Part shown: positions 1 through 11,277 of the stretch, piece after piece
Numbering within the stretch: the stretch's first letter is position 1
Layout of the letters: every line of letters starts with the position of its first letter
Assembly (NCBI GenBank): GCA_028534125.1
Contig: CM052830.1
Location: forward strand, 23,994,001 to 24,058,000
DNA from: Lama glama
Lineage: Eukaryota
DNA: 64,000 nt
Direction of reading: 5' to 3'
Position numbers and translations under genes: made by a program
The notes under the pieces: generated by a model
Database searches by the model: none
The model's input: the letters and a program-made list of their open reading frames with translations, nothing else
What the model was told of the DNA's origin: nothing

Positions 1-436
1 GGGAAGCGGAGCCCGGATGCTGGGCTCGTCCTCAGCAGCTTCTGCACGTGAGGTGCGCGTTCCGCCTTCTGGGTCTTTGCGCAGGCTCTTCTCTGCCTGG
101 AAGGCCCTATCTCCCCATGAGCTTACCGTCTCCCTTGCTCTTCCAAGTGTGAGCAAAGATACATGCAAATCTATGCATGCGCGTGTGTGCGGTCACGCGT
201 GTCTGTATGTAAACAACGAAATACATTTACATTGCAATGTGGTTTATATGATGGAACGTGGAACCTGGCGAAGCGCCGTGCAGTGGCAGAGGAGTAAAGA
301 ACTGGTGGTGTGGGTCTGCAGCGCAATGGCACTCAGGCGGCAAAGACGGAAGACTCCAACGGCCATTGGCTTGACTGGATGAACAGAAGCTGAAACAGCA
401 TGTAGGACCCCATTTAAAAAGCACATTAGACCAAGA

Positions 437-830
437 GGATTCTGGGAAGATGGCAGAGTGCGACGCACCAGGACTCTGTCTCCCCGTTCAGACACCAAGC
501 GCAGAATCTGTATGAAGGAACCACTGTGGAGGCTGCCGAGGGCTGGCGAGTGCCCGGGGAAGGCTGTGGTGGTAAACGGCCGTTGACCTGGCCCAGCTTC
601 GGCTCCCAGCTCAGCAGCATCTGCCTCCCGCCACCCCAGCCCCGTGGCAGCAGCTACGCGCAGGTTCCAAGAGCAGGTGTGGGGAGCCGGGGGGAGCCCT
701 AAGGACCCTGCCTTCAACCGAGAAGCCTGTCCTGCAAACCTGTCTTTCAAAAACGAGGGTGAAGTCGAGACCTTCCCAGACAAACAAAAGGTCCGTGTAT
801 CCGGTTCTGTGCTGCGGCTGCGGGTCGCTG
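437..830 (+). mobile_element. Ancient LINE-1 remnant (L1M-type 5' UTR followed by ORF1 C-terminal fragment)
   Basis: Starts with an L1-like 5' end (aagatggcagagtgcgacgcaccaggactctgtctcccc). ORF 644..1108 contains PANLSFKNEGEVETFPDKQK, matching the L1 ORF1p motif YPAKLSFxxEGEIKTFxDKQKL. Confidence 0.8.
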
Positions 831-1569
831 CCTCTGCTCACAGGCGCGAAGACGGGGGGCGCAAGCCCCTCCATCTCCAGCTGCAGCCGCTGCGAGGGGA
901 GGGACAGGGCCCAGCGCCTTTTTCTCGCCTCTTCGTTTTCTTTTGGCACCCAGACGTAAAAGGACCAGGACATTCCAAAGCACCTGTCCGAAAGTTGATA
1001 GAAATCATTTCCATCTATATGGAAGGCCATTATTGTCCCCGCCTGGTGGTGGAAGACACTGAGGATCAGAAAGAGCAAGGAATTTATTCAAAGTCACAGA
1101 GACAATAAACTGAGAATCAGGGACTTGAGCCCAGGTCTACTCAAAAGAACATGATTGTTTCATTAACTCAGCACAGGCTCTGTGGGGTGTGTGTGTGCGT
1201 TTACAGAGAAAGAGATGGTTTGAAAGAACACAGGCGAGTTCCCCGCTCCTGCCACCCCTGCTGGTGGGGGAGACGGTGTTAAACGGCCGATTGTCCAGCG
1301 GTTGGTCTCATGCATCTTTACGCATGTGTTCGCTTGTCGCTGCCTGGCTGTCCGGGCCAGGTCAGCTCTGCTATCATGTCCCCCCGCCTCCCCGAGCGTC
1401 CTGTGTTCCCGTCAGAGCACTTACCGCAGTAGCGGTTCAGTTACTTGTGCACCTTCCTCAACACTGCTCTCCTTCACGGGGCTGCCAGCTCGTGAGGGCA
1501 GGGACCTGCCTCCCTTGGGCAGCACTATGTCATCCTCTTTTTCTTAATGGTTTTATAATGCTTGCTTCA

Positions 1570-1745
1570 CTTTTTTAATCTAATTTTTATTGAAGTGCAG
1601 TTGATTTATAGTGTTGGTGTCAGGGGCAGAGCAAAGCGGTGCAGCTATACCTGAACAGATGCCTTTCCATTACAGGTTATTGCAAGAAAGTGAATGCTGT
1701 TCCCTGTGCTACACAGGAGGCCCCTGTTGCTCACCTGCTTTGTGT
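1570..1745 (-). mobile_element. 5'-truncated L1 3' end, cetartiodactyl type (L1_Art-like)
   Basis: T-rich tail followed by ttttattgaagtgcagttgatttatagtgttg...ttccattacaggttattgcaagaaagtgaatgctgttccctgtgctacacag, which resembles the reverse complement of artiodactyl L1 3' ends. Confidence 0.75.
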
Positions 1746-3284
1746 GTCACGTATCACCTTGCACCTAGCACAGGGGGCAGAGTGTGTGCTCCTAGGATTT
1801 GTTTCACAAATAGATGCATGGTAGGATGGACGGACACATGGATGGAGTCGTACATGTTTGGATGCTCAGATGGACAGGTGGATCTCAGCTCAGTGGAGGC
1901 CTGAGACATGCAGGGACCCAGAGCCCTAGGCCTGGGGCTCTGGGCTGAGAGTCACGGCAGACCAACATGATGGTATCTCTGTCCCCAAACCCTGCCCGGG
2001 CCATGAGTCACCCATACTTGCTGAAAACCACATGCTTCTTTCCGCAACGAGGCTGCCCAGAGGGGCCCCCAGGCCTCCAAGGGCATCAGGAAAACTCTGC
2101 TCACACGCACAGTGACTGCAGCCCCTGGTCGCCGCCGGCTCTCTGATGTGCTCTGTGTGAGTCAGAACTGCGGTGGCCTCAGTGCTGCTCCTGTGTCAGC
2201 AGCCCTTGGACGTCTTTGAAAGAGCACAGCCGGAAGCGGCAGGCTGTCTTTGGGTTAAGACTGCAGACCGTCCTTTGATTTGATGGCTCCTCGATTTGAT
2301 TATAACCAGACTTGGGATGAAAGGGACAAAAATGTCCAAGAGAGAAATGGGGGGACCCTCCCACTAGGGCAACATGAGGGAGATGCTCCAGGCCTTCGGG
2401 GGGAACGTCTCCAGCCCTGCTCTCCAGCGGGTCCACTGTCGGTACCATCATCCCGCTCAGACGAGGGTCTGACACACCTTGAACTCCCTCGCTTCCTTTC
2501 TCACCTATGCTCTCCTCTTGCCACGGATGCCACCCCGTTTCCCATCCCTGCAGCTCTCAGATCCAAGCACGTGCAGCCTCCCGGCTCCGGGCCGGGGCTC
2601 CTTCCCCCCTCCCCCGGCTCCTGACCCGCCCGCTCTCTGTGCTCCTGTCGCACCCATTTCCCACCTGGCAGTTGCTCACGTCACTCTTAAAGAGACTGTG
2701 CCTCTTGCCGTGTTCCGTCACAGCTTGCAGACAGAAAATTGTGGTGCCATGGGGACACCACATGGCACTCTTGGGGCCAAGAGGAAGAACCTGGACGCTG
2801 ACTCAGCTATCTCCTTCTTGTCTGGTCTCAGAGAAGGTCACCCTGCAACCAGGGGTGTTCCTGGGTAGCTATGAACGTGAAGTAAGACGATGGTCATTAG
2901 CGTGCGCTGTGATGTGCAGTGGCTGGCGGGTGTGCGGGCTGAGCCACGCCACCGTCATCCTCAGTCTCCGTGCCATTTCCAGCATCAGCACCATCACCCT
3001 CTCGTCGTCATCACATGCTGTTCACGCGTGCTACCTTCCAAACCAGAGCCTCTTGTGGGGGCCCCCAGCACACCGAGCACAAGGCCAGGTACACAGTTGG
3101 GACCCGGTGACCCTTTCTTACTCACCTGATACACTCAGAGGAACGTAAGTCAGAGGGAGAAGGCTGGGTTTGACAGGACGTCGTACAGAGATCCGGCTTT
3201 CTTCCTCTGTCTGATGAGGCACAGCTGGAAAGCAAGCACATTCTGAAAGTCAGACGCCTCCCTGCCTGACGTGGTCTTGGGCAC

Positions 3285-3640
3285 TGTTTTGCCACGGTCC
3301 CTAACGCACCAGGGCACTTCCTAACTCACGGTCTCACCCAGCCTTCGAGAATCCTGAGAAAGGGGGCAGTGTGGCTCAGTGGCAGAGTGTGTGCTTAGCA
3401 CGCATGAGGTCCTGGGTTCAAGCCCCACTGCCTCCACTAAAAAATCCTAAATACCTACCCCTCCAAAAACGTACAATAAGAAAGTTTTCTGAAGAGAGTC
3501 CTGAGAAACCTAAGTGCATCAGTGCCCCACTTTACAGTCAAGCGAAGTGAGGCCCAGCAAGGCCAAGGGGCTCGCTCGTTTCACGGCAAAGCAGTGAATC
3601 ACCGGTAGAACCCAGCCTGGGAAGCAGGCTCCTAGCCTTG
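3285..3640 (-). mobile_element. MIR SINE interrupted by a younger SINE
   Basis: MIR-like segments lie on both sides of 3362-3493; the downstream part reads ccccactttacagtcaagcgaagtgaggcccag, against the MIR core cccattttacagatgaggaaactgaggc. Confidence 0.6.
3362..3493 (+). mobile_element. tRNA-derived SINE, camelid Vic-1-like, with target-site duplication
   Basis: A box TGGCTCAGTGG (3372-3382), B box GTTCAAGCC (3416-3424), tgcttagcacgcatgaggtcctgggttc body and an A-rich tail. The 15-bp TSD gagaatcctgagaaa (3347-3361) / gagagtcctgagaaa (3494-3508) has one mismatch. Confidence 0.85.
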
Positions 3641-3810
3641 GCCTTGGCTCTTTCCCGGGGGAGACTCACTGCACTGAAATAATTTTCTGCCACGAATTTA
3701 GAGAGAGATTTTAGAACTGTCACTATTGGTCGTGGTGTCCTTGCCAGGACCCATCACCATCCGCATGCTATGCCTGAGGGGACCGAGGCTCTGAGCGGTG
3801 AGATGTCCTG

Positions 3811-3899
3811 CCAAGGTCAGAGAGAGGAGTGGGGCCAGGGCCAAGGTCAGAGAGAGGAGTGGGGCCAGGGCCAAGGTCAGAGAGAGGAGTAGGGCCAGG
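3811..3899. repeat. 30-bp tandem triplication within a MIR fragment
   Basis: ccaaggtcagagagaggagtggggccaggg starts at 3811, 3841 and 3871; the third copy differs at two positions. Confidence 0.95.
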
Positions 3900-4149
3900 C
3901 TCTCATCCCCTAACACCCACTGAGCACATCGAGGCCTGTGGGCTGAGCCTCCTGCCGGTGTGAACCTCTCCCCATTCTCCGGTTCCCCCACTCACAGGAA
4001 GTTCAGGTCAACCACATCCTGCCACGTCCCTGCAGACGAGATAATGATCCTCACCACCACCATTCTCTGTCCCACCACAGCCCAGCCCGGCCCGGAGAAG
4101 GCGACGTCAGCGCTGGAAGGGGCCAGGCTCTGTGCTCCATGGCGCATCC

Positions 4150-4301
4150 CCCTCCAGAGTCATCTGGGACACTTGTTAACAGTCAAGTCCCCAGGCCATC
4201 TCTAGATGAGGCCATGGAGCCCAAGTAGGGGCCTGGGGATCTGCATTTTAGACAAGCCCCCTGCATCATTCTAGGAGTGTTCAAGTGTGGGAAGCCACTA
4301 G
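4150..4301. mobile_element. MER5-type hAT-Charlie DNA transposon remnant
   Basis: gagtcatctgggacacttgttaa...ggggcctggggatctgcattttagacaagccccc...gtgtgggaagccactag follows the MER5A/B layout. Confidence 0.7.
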
Positions 4302-4669
4302 TCCAGCTCTCATTTTCAGAGAGAGAAACTGAGGTCCAGAGAGGCCCCCAGCAGCGCGGGGTGGGTTGCCTCTTCAGCACGCCTGTTCCTTCTGTGTAAA
4401 GGGACCAGTGAGGCTACTGAATTCGCACTCCGCTGTTAGGGAAACGGGCGGGGAAGGCTGACTAGGCCGGCTGGGGCCCTCAGCCAGCCAGCTCCACATA
4501 AGCAAAGGAATGAAACTTCGCAGAGGGTGAGAACGGCTTTTGGAGGCCCTCCAGGAGAACTCCGTGCATCCAAGGCTGCATCCACAAGTAGACAATTTGG
4601 AAGGCGCCTCCTTGGAGCGTCGTGGAGCTGACCTCCAGGCCAGAAGGAGGAACACACCAGCCCAGGAGT

Positions 4670-4858
4670 AGGAGAACCGCTGCCCGCAGGGCCGAGCTGG
4701 CCTGCTGCCTGTTTCCGTGAAGTTTGGCTGGAGCATCGCCACCCCCACTTGTTTGTGTATTGTTTGTTTATGGCTGCTTTGCTTTTGTGCTAAAATGGCA
4801 GAGTAAAGCCTAAAATATTTCCTGCCTGGCCCTTTCCCGAAGAAGCTTGCCAGCCCCC
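4670..4858 (-). mobile_element. MER58-type hAT-Charlie remnant
   Basis: tatggctgctttg...atggcagagtaaagcctaaaatatttcctgcctggccctttcccgaagaagcttgccagcccc matches the MER58 terminus. Confidence 0.8.
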
Positions 4859-7559
4859 CACCTCAGCCCATCAACCACCCAGCAGAGCTCCGTCCCCGTG
4901 GCCGTCCCAGAGGGTCTCTGGGTTTCCCACCCCTGCATCCCCGGCACCCGAGCAGCACAGGGCTGGGCATGTTGTGGATACTAGAAAAATGGGTAAATGA
5001 ATGAACCATCATAATAAGCTATTTTACTTCCCGTTGCACAAATGAGAAACCACAGCCCTCAGGGAAGGTCAAGGATCCGGCCCGAGGTCTCCGCGTTAGA
5101 AGGTGCCAGGGTTAGCCTTTGTCTCGATCCACAGGACAGTGTTTTCCCCTATAAACTTGAGCAACGGTCAGGTGGAATCTTGCCAGGAATCTGCTGAAGT
5201 GGGGCCAAGTGTTGATCTTTTGGAAGAAGGGGCTGGAGAGGCGGGAACGCGTAGGAAGAAACCAAGACTCACCCGCAGGGGGAAGACCCTGTGCCTGTTG
5301 CTGGGAAAGCCGATGCCCGGGGACGACAGGGCCTGACTCACACTGCAGTGCTGGCTTCCATCCGGGCCTGCTCGCCTCTTCACTGGAGGTGAGCACTGGA
5401 GCTCACTCACCTGGAAGCGAAGGCAGGCCCTTCAGGGAGTACAGAAAGGGGAGAGAAAGTGCGCCAAGCATGTGTACCAGAGCAGATGCAAAACGAGTTA
5501 GGCTCCGGGCTCCGTGGTGGGAGTCCCTGCAGGCCTCACGGGGAGCCTGGCGGTGGGGCTGTGGTGGACATGCCAGCGCAGGAAGGGCCTGGGCCCGACG
5601 ACCACGAAGCCTCTCCCAGCTCCGGGGGGCTCGCCCTGACCACACGGCTTGAGCCAGCCCTGGCGGTCTCCCCTTCCAGCTCACTGAGAGGCTTCAGGGC
5701 TCAGGACCGGTTCTCTTGGACCCGACGGACCCGGCCCGGATGGCCACGGACAGTGGGAGACCGTCTGGGCTGGCTGATGGGACCCCGTCGTTGTCTTTCC
5801 CAAGCAAACCCCATCCACCTAGTGTGGTCCGCAATGTATGCTCTCTGCTTCTTTTAGGTGGAGTCGGCATGAGAGCCTGAGCGCTCAGATCCAATTTTGC
5901 CGGCCTGTTTCTCTCGCCCTTACAGTTGTGTCCCTGACACTTGACTCGCCAGGAAGCCATCTGGCCACCCCGGTGTTGATCTCCCTCAAGCACCCAACCT
6001 GGCTGGTGAAGAAACAACCCGTCTCTCGCTCGTTCCCTTGTGTTGTGAAGTAACAATCGCGCTGTTTAATTAGTCACAGGAACAGGGTGCGAACAAGAAG
6101 GAGTAGCGCTTGACAAGCACACAGAACTCAAGCGACGGGAGCAGATGTGCCCGGGAGACGGACGCGCCTGCTGGCCTCCGGCTGTGGTGCATCCCGGACG
6201 CCGCGCTGACCGCGGGGCCCGGGGCCTCCCTCAGTCTGGCGAGGTGGTCGGCCGGAGGCTGCGTAAGAGGGTCCTGCTGTCTAAGCAGGTGCCGCGGCCC
6301 CTCGCCGTGCGCAGGGCACCGTCCCGGGGAAGCCGCAGACTCTCTGAGGCCGGCAGAGCGAACTTTCATCCAAGCAACGGGGGGCGGGTCACGGATGACA
6401 GCGACTTTCTCGAGGACCAAGGCACAGTGATTGTCTCCTTTGCGTCTGTGCTGCCGGGGCCCAGCGCAGAGTGGGCACGGGAGAGAAAGTCCATTGTTTA
6501 TGGGACGGAAGGGAGAGATGGACAGTGAGGCCCGAGTCCCCGCAGCTCCCGCATGAGCACGTGTGGCGCGCACACCCGGGCCCGGCTCTGGGCCTGGAGA
6601 CGGAGCTGCCTCGCCTGCGCAAGCCGTGTGCTTCCTGCCTCCTGCGCCCCCCCGCCTGTCCCCTGAGCCCTCTGTCTCCTCTGGTGTTCCTGTGGAGCTC
6701 TTCCGCAAAGTGGCCCAGGAAGAGCCTGCTGGGAGCTCGGGGATGCTGCCCGGCTCGCGTGCTGAGGGGTCCCCATTCCTCTCACCTTCACCCCTTGGCT
6801 TCCACCTCACCTCTTACTTCCATCTCCAAGTCTTTCCGCACTTATGCAAAACATCCTGGCCGGGCTCCCCTCCAGCTCTGGGGAAACCCTAAACCTCACA
6901 GTGAAAATAAGGGGCCCGTTTGCCCCGAGAAACTAGACACAAACAAGCCTGGGGTGACCGCTGGGCCAGAGCTGTTCCTCCAGATGAGTCACAGGGCCCA
7001 CTCGCCACGGTCTCTCCCCGGCTCCCCCTCCAGCCCCAGCTCGTCCGGAGGGCTGGCCTGGGTACAAGCTCGGCCGATGAGCCGGGGGTGAGGAGGGGAG
7101 GCTGGGGAGGGACGTGGCCGAGGAAGCCGCAGCGACCTTCCACCTGGGTGGGGCTTCTCTTTTCTTCTTTTAACCTCCAGCTAAACTGCTCGAAACTGCT
7201 TGTCAGCACCTCGGCTTCCTTCCTGCCCGCACCGCTGAGAGAGGGTGCACAGGAGGGGATGGTGGCCCAGCCCAACCTTCACTCCCTCAGGCAGGCAGCA
7301 GTGCGGCTTATTTCTCAGCAAACGTCTACTGAAGTCTGTTTTCTGATGGGAACGTGATAGCCCCGGAGCTGATGGTTAGCGAGGCCAGACGGCACACTCT
7401 CCCTTCCGGCGGGGCCTCTGCCTGCTCACGGCCGTCTGCTCATGGCCCGGAGCGGCGCGTGGCGTCTACAGGCACTCAGTCAGGATGTGTTGAGTGAATG
7501 CGTGACACAAAGAGGTGCAGCTGGCACCCCGAGTGCAAGGCTTCCACGTGCCCTGGGCC

Positions 7560-7790
7560 ATGGACTGCGTCATGGGTCACCTTCGGGTCCAGGGAGGGCT
7601 CCTTTGCGCAGATGATGACCCAGCTGAGGGTCCAGGGAGTGAGGAGAGAGCAGCTAAAGGCAGGGACAGGTGGTGCCGGGAAGAGTGTTCAGGCAGAGGG
7701 AACAGCATGGCTGAAGGTCCTGAAGCAGGAGGCAGCAGAGTCCCTGGGGGCTGGCGGGGGTGGGTCAGAGTGACCCTGGAGAGGGCAGCA
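7560..7790 (-). mobile_element. LINE-2 fragment
   Basis: gggaagagtgttcaggcagagggaacagcatggctgaaggtcctgaagcagga is a typical antisense L2 segment. Confidence 0.7.
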
Positions 7791-8067
7791 GGCGGTGCCT
7801 GGCGCCGGGGAGAGGACGCCAGCGGCCTCCGCAGAGCGACGAGCAGCCGCTGAATCGAGTTCACCGGGAGCCGACGTGGTCAGACGCGCGTTGGCAACAT
7901 GAGTTGTGATGCGTCTGGAACAACGCACCTGGAAGTGTCTGGGGACACAGGGCTACGCGGGGCTGGAGCGCTCAGCTCAGCTGCGGCTTGAGTTTGAACC
8001 GCCGTGTTTCCACCCGACGGCAGGTTTGCGCTCAGTCACTGCGTGATGTGTTTCACTTAACAAGCAC

Positions 8068-8093
8068 CGATGTTGCGATGTTGCGATGTTGCG
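8068..8093. repeat. 8-bp microsatellite (CGATGTTG)x3
   Basis: Read directly: cgatgttgcgatgttgcgatgttgcg. Confidence 0.9.
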
Positions 8094-8589
8094 TTACTCC
8101 TCACCAGACACCGTCCTGAGGGCTTCGCAAATGTTCACTCACTTAACCCTCACACCGACCTCGGGACACTGTGCTGTAATGATCAGGTTTAAAAGGTGAG
8201 GCAGCGGGGGTGGGGCATTCAGACTGGGACCACACGTGGCAGTAGCAGAGTCGTCCTCGGTTTCTGTGGGGCACCCAGGGCTCCGGAAGCCTCCCTTGCC
8301 CAAGCGCAGGGGCGGGGCGGGGCGGGGGTCTGGCTCAGGAGCTGCCGCGGGGCTGACTCGGGAGGCCAGGCGGGGCTTGAACGAGAGCCAGTCAGCTGTC
8401 GGGGGTGCACAGCGCCAGTCGGGGTATGGTGGCAGGAAGAGACCACCGTAGCAGTCCTGACAGCTCTCCACATCTGAGGAATCCCTGCTCTTTCTCCACC
8501 TTCGCATCACCTGCTTCATGGATCCCACACCTGCCTCTTTCTCGGTGGACCCCTTCATCTTAGCAGAAGCCCCCCTCCAGTAGCATCCT

Positions 8590-9420
8590 GAGACGGGGAG
8601 CATGGAAGGCAAATTTGGGAGGAATCTGCATTTGGAAAATGTCTCTGAAGCCTCTGCTGCGGTGTTATTTGGCTGGGTCACAACTACACCGCAAATTGCT
8701 TTTCCTCAGAACTTTGAAGACTTTTCTTCTGCTTTTCGGCGCTGCTGCTGGGAAGCCCACACGTGATCGATAGTTTGGCTGGGTATAGAGCCCCAGGGGG
8801 CAAGTCAGCTTCCAGGGCCGTTGTTGAGAAATCCAGCGTCATCCCGCACCGGGTCCTTTATATGGCTCTTCTTTTTGTTTTTGCTTTCCATTTTTGCTTT
8901 CTGGAAGTCTTCAGTGTTCCTTTTATCCCTGGTATTCTAAAATTTCACAATAATTTGCCTCGATGTGGGTCTTTTTGTCGTTTGCTGTGTCGAGCATGTG
9001 GTGGATCCAGACAAGGAAACGCGTGATTTCAGTTCTGGGGGTTCTATGCGTGTGTTACTTCCTTGAATGTTGCCTCCCCTGCGCTGTCTCCATCCCCCCC
9101 GCCTTCTGGAGCTCGGACTCTCTGGGTGCGGAGTGCCCTAGATGGCCCCTGCAGTTCCTTCCCTTCTCTTTCTTTCCTATTTTCGTCTGTTGATGGGTTT
9201 TTGTCTTACCTTCGGAGAGTTCGCCTCATGCATGTTCCAAATGTGGTGTTATTTAAAACTTTTATTTCTGGTCTGTTAATTTTAATTTTCAAGAGCTCTG
9301 TTTAACTCTCAGTGTGATTCTCCACTGTTCCTTCTTGCATTCTGTTTTTGGCTTTTTGGAGGCAATATCTTTTCATCTCTCTGACGGTATTACTTACTCT
9401 GATGATATTTTGAAATCCAA
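8590..9420 (-). mobile_element. Ancient L1ME/HAL1-type ORF1 remnant
   Basis: The minus strand gives the ORF1-like peptides MTLDFSTT (~8820-8845), LYPAKL (~8769-8790), VFKVLRKSN (~8693-8722) and ETFSK (~8632-8646). The plus strand is T-rich, as for an antisense L1. Confidence 0.7.
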
Positions 9421-10799
9421 ACATATTTAAAATGGGTCCTAAGATCAGATGAAAAGTTCTCCAGGGTTGAGAGGGGCCTGCCAGTGGCTGAAATTCACTC
9501 CAGGGTGGTCAGGTGGGGAATTAACCACTGAGAACATAAGCCGCGCACCCAGGTTCACACAGGCCACTGGTGCAGCTGAGACTCGCACCAAGGCCGTCTC
9601 ACTCCCGCATCGGTGTCCTAAGGCGCTGGCCTCCCAGAGCAGCAGCCGCAGCTGGCATTGAGCAGGGGCTTTCCGCGTGCCAGGCGCTGTTCTAGGCCCC
9701 TAGAAACCTGACATCAATTTAGCCCTCGCAGCAGCCCGTGGGAGCAGGCGCTCTGAGCACCCGTGGTCGGCGAGCAGCCTCGGACGCGGAGAGGAGGCGC
9801 AGCCGGCCCATCTGGGGAAACAAAAGGCCAGGTGACTCCCAAGCCCCAGAGTTACTACGAGGATGAGATGAGAGAACACACGTAAGAAACATGCACGTAA
9901 TAGAGCCTCAGCAAGTGTCATTTTCAGTAAAAAGCCTCGCCTCAGCTCCCCCACCGCTGGCCTGGGCTTTGGTTTCTTTAAAACCAGAAGCTCCAGTGAG
10001 GGGCTCCCTAAGGTGTCTCCTGGCTGCGAACTTCCAAGCTTCCAAGCGCTAGGCTGCACAGTGAGGAGGCCTAACCCGGAGGAGCCAGATGGGGTGGGAG
10101 TGGGGGCAGTGGGGGGGGAGCGAGGCCCCAGGGACGGGGGAGGACGGTCTGGGGGTGGGAGCGCCTGTGACGTGGTCCGGACCTGGGCCCCGGGCCTCGC
10201 TCCCGTGTTCCCAAATAGCTGTGAACTTCAAATACCAGACGCCAACTGACACATGAAAAGGAACACATGTAACCACTTACGGGCCAATTAATATCGGGCG
10301 GGCAGAAAGCCACAGGGCGGGGAGGCCGCTGAGGCTGAAGCGAGCAAGCTTCCGGCCCTCGGGCTGAAGTGGGTTATTATGTGTCATCAGGAAACTTGAG
10401 AAGGGGGGAAAAGCAACCTCTGATCAAAGCCCCTTTTGTCACCTTCGAGCAGATTAATAGACGACAGATTCTGCGCTTAGAACTCTGCTGAAGGTCAAGG
10501 GCGGTGAAGCAGCTCGGTGGGACTTTTTTCCTTCCTGCAGCTTCGAGGCTGCAGAGCTCATCGCTCTGACGGCCTGGCTGCCCGAGACAGCGCTGAGAAG
10601 GCCCGCCTTCCCCAGGGCTTCTATGGGGGAGAGCAGGGGCTCCTTTTTCAGTACAGACGAGCCAGGCTGTCTCCTGCCCGCGGCCCCTTCTCTGCGCAGG
10701 CTCCTGCTGGGGGTCCCTCTCTCCCTGCAGCCCCAAGCTCATCACGCCACGGCCCCCAGCTCCCCTGTTACAGCCTCGTGGTGACCCTCCATGGACCAC

Positions 10800-11090
10800 G
10801 GAAGGAAGACACACTTCTAAAGCTGGCTTCAAAGTCCTTCAGTGACTTGGCCTGGCCCCCATCACCCCGGTGCATTGATATCAGCCACACCAGACTACTT
10901 GAAGCTCCTCAAATCCGCCTTGCCCTCTGCCTCCACAGGCCGAACTTCTCCGCCACTTTTCATCTTCCCATCAATTTCCTAGACCTCCATCAAGGCTGTG
11001 CCAGTATCAGCTCCTTTGGGAAGCCTGTTCTGACCCCTCTCCCCGGCCTGCCCCCCCAGCCCAAGGAGGTACTCTGACCTCTGTGACCCC
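10800..11090 (+). mobile_element. LINE-2 fragment
   Basis: ttcaaagtccttcagtgacttggcc...cagccacaccagactacttgaagctcctc...ctcctttgggaagcctgttctgaccc resembles the L2 3' region. Confidence 0.6.
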
Positions 11091-11277
11091 CAGACCCTCA
11101 CACGCACAGCGATTGGCATTTATAATAATTTACCCTTATTCCAGGGCCACAATCTACCCATAGGCCCACATTCCCGCTCGGCTGTTTGCAGAGACTGGTG
11201 TGCTGCCTGGCGTGGAATGGGGCTTCCTGTCACGCAGAGACAGGGGCGCTCTGGTGACGCACCGAGGCGTGAGAGGT

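Noticed and set aside
644-1108. 154-aa ORF as a functional or domesticated L1 ORF1 gene
   Set aside because: Only about 20 residues match ORF1p. The rest is out of frame or unrelated, and the start codon is not ATG.
3362-3436. Possible tRNA gene
   Set aside because: It has A/B boxes, but also an A-rich tail, a TSD and a diverged second copy at 14351-14479, so it is a SINE.
3811-3899. CRISPR-like 30-bp repeats
   Set aside because: The repeats abut with no spacers, there are no cas genes, and the context is a mammalian MIR.
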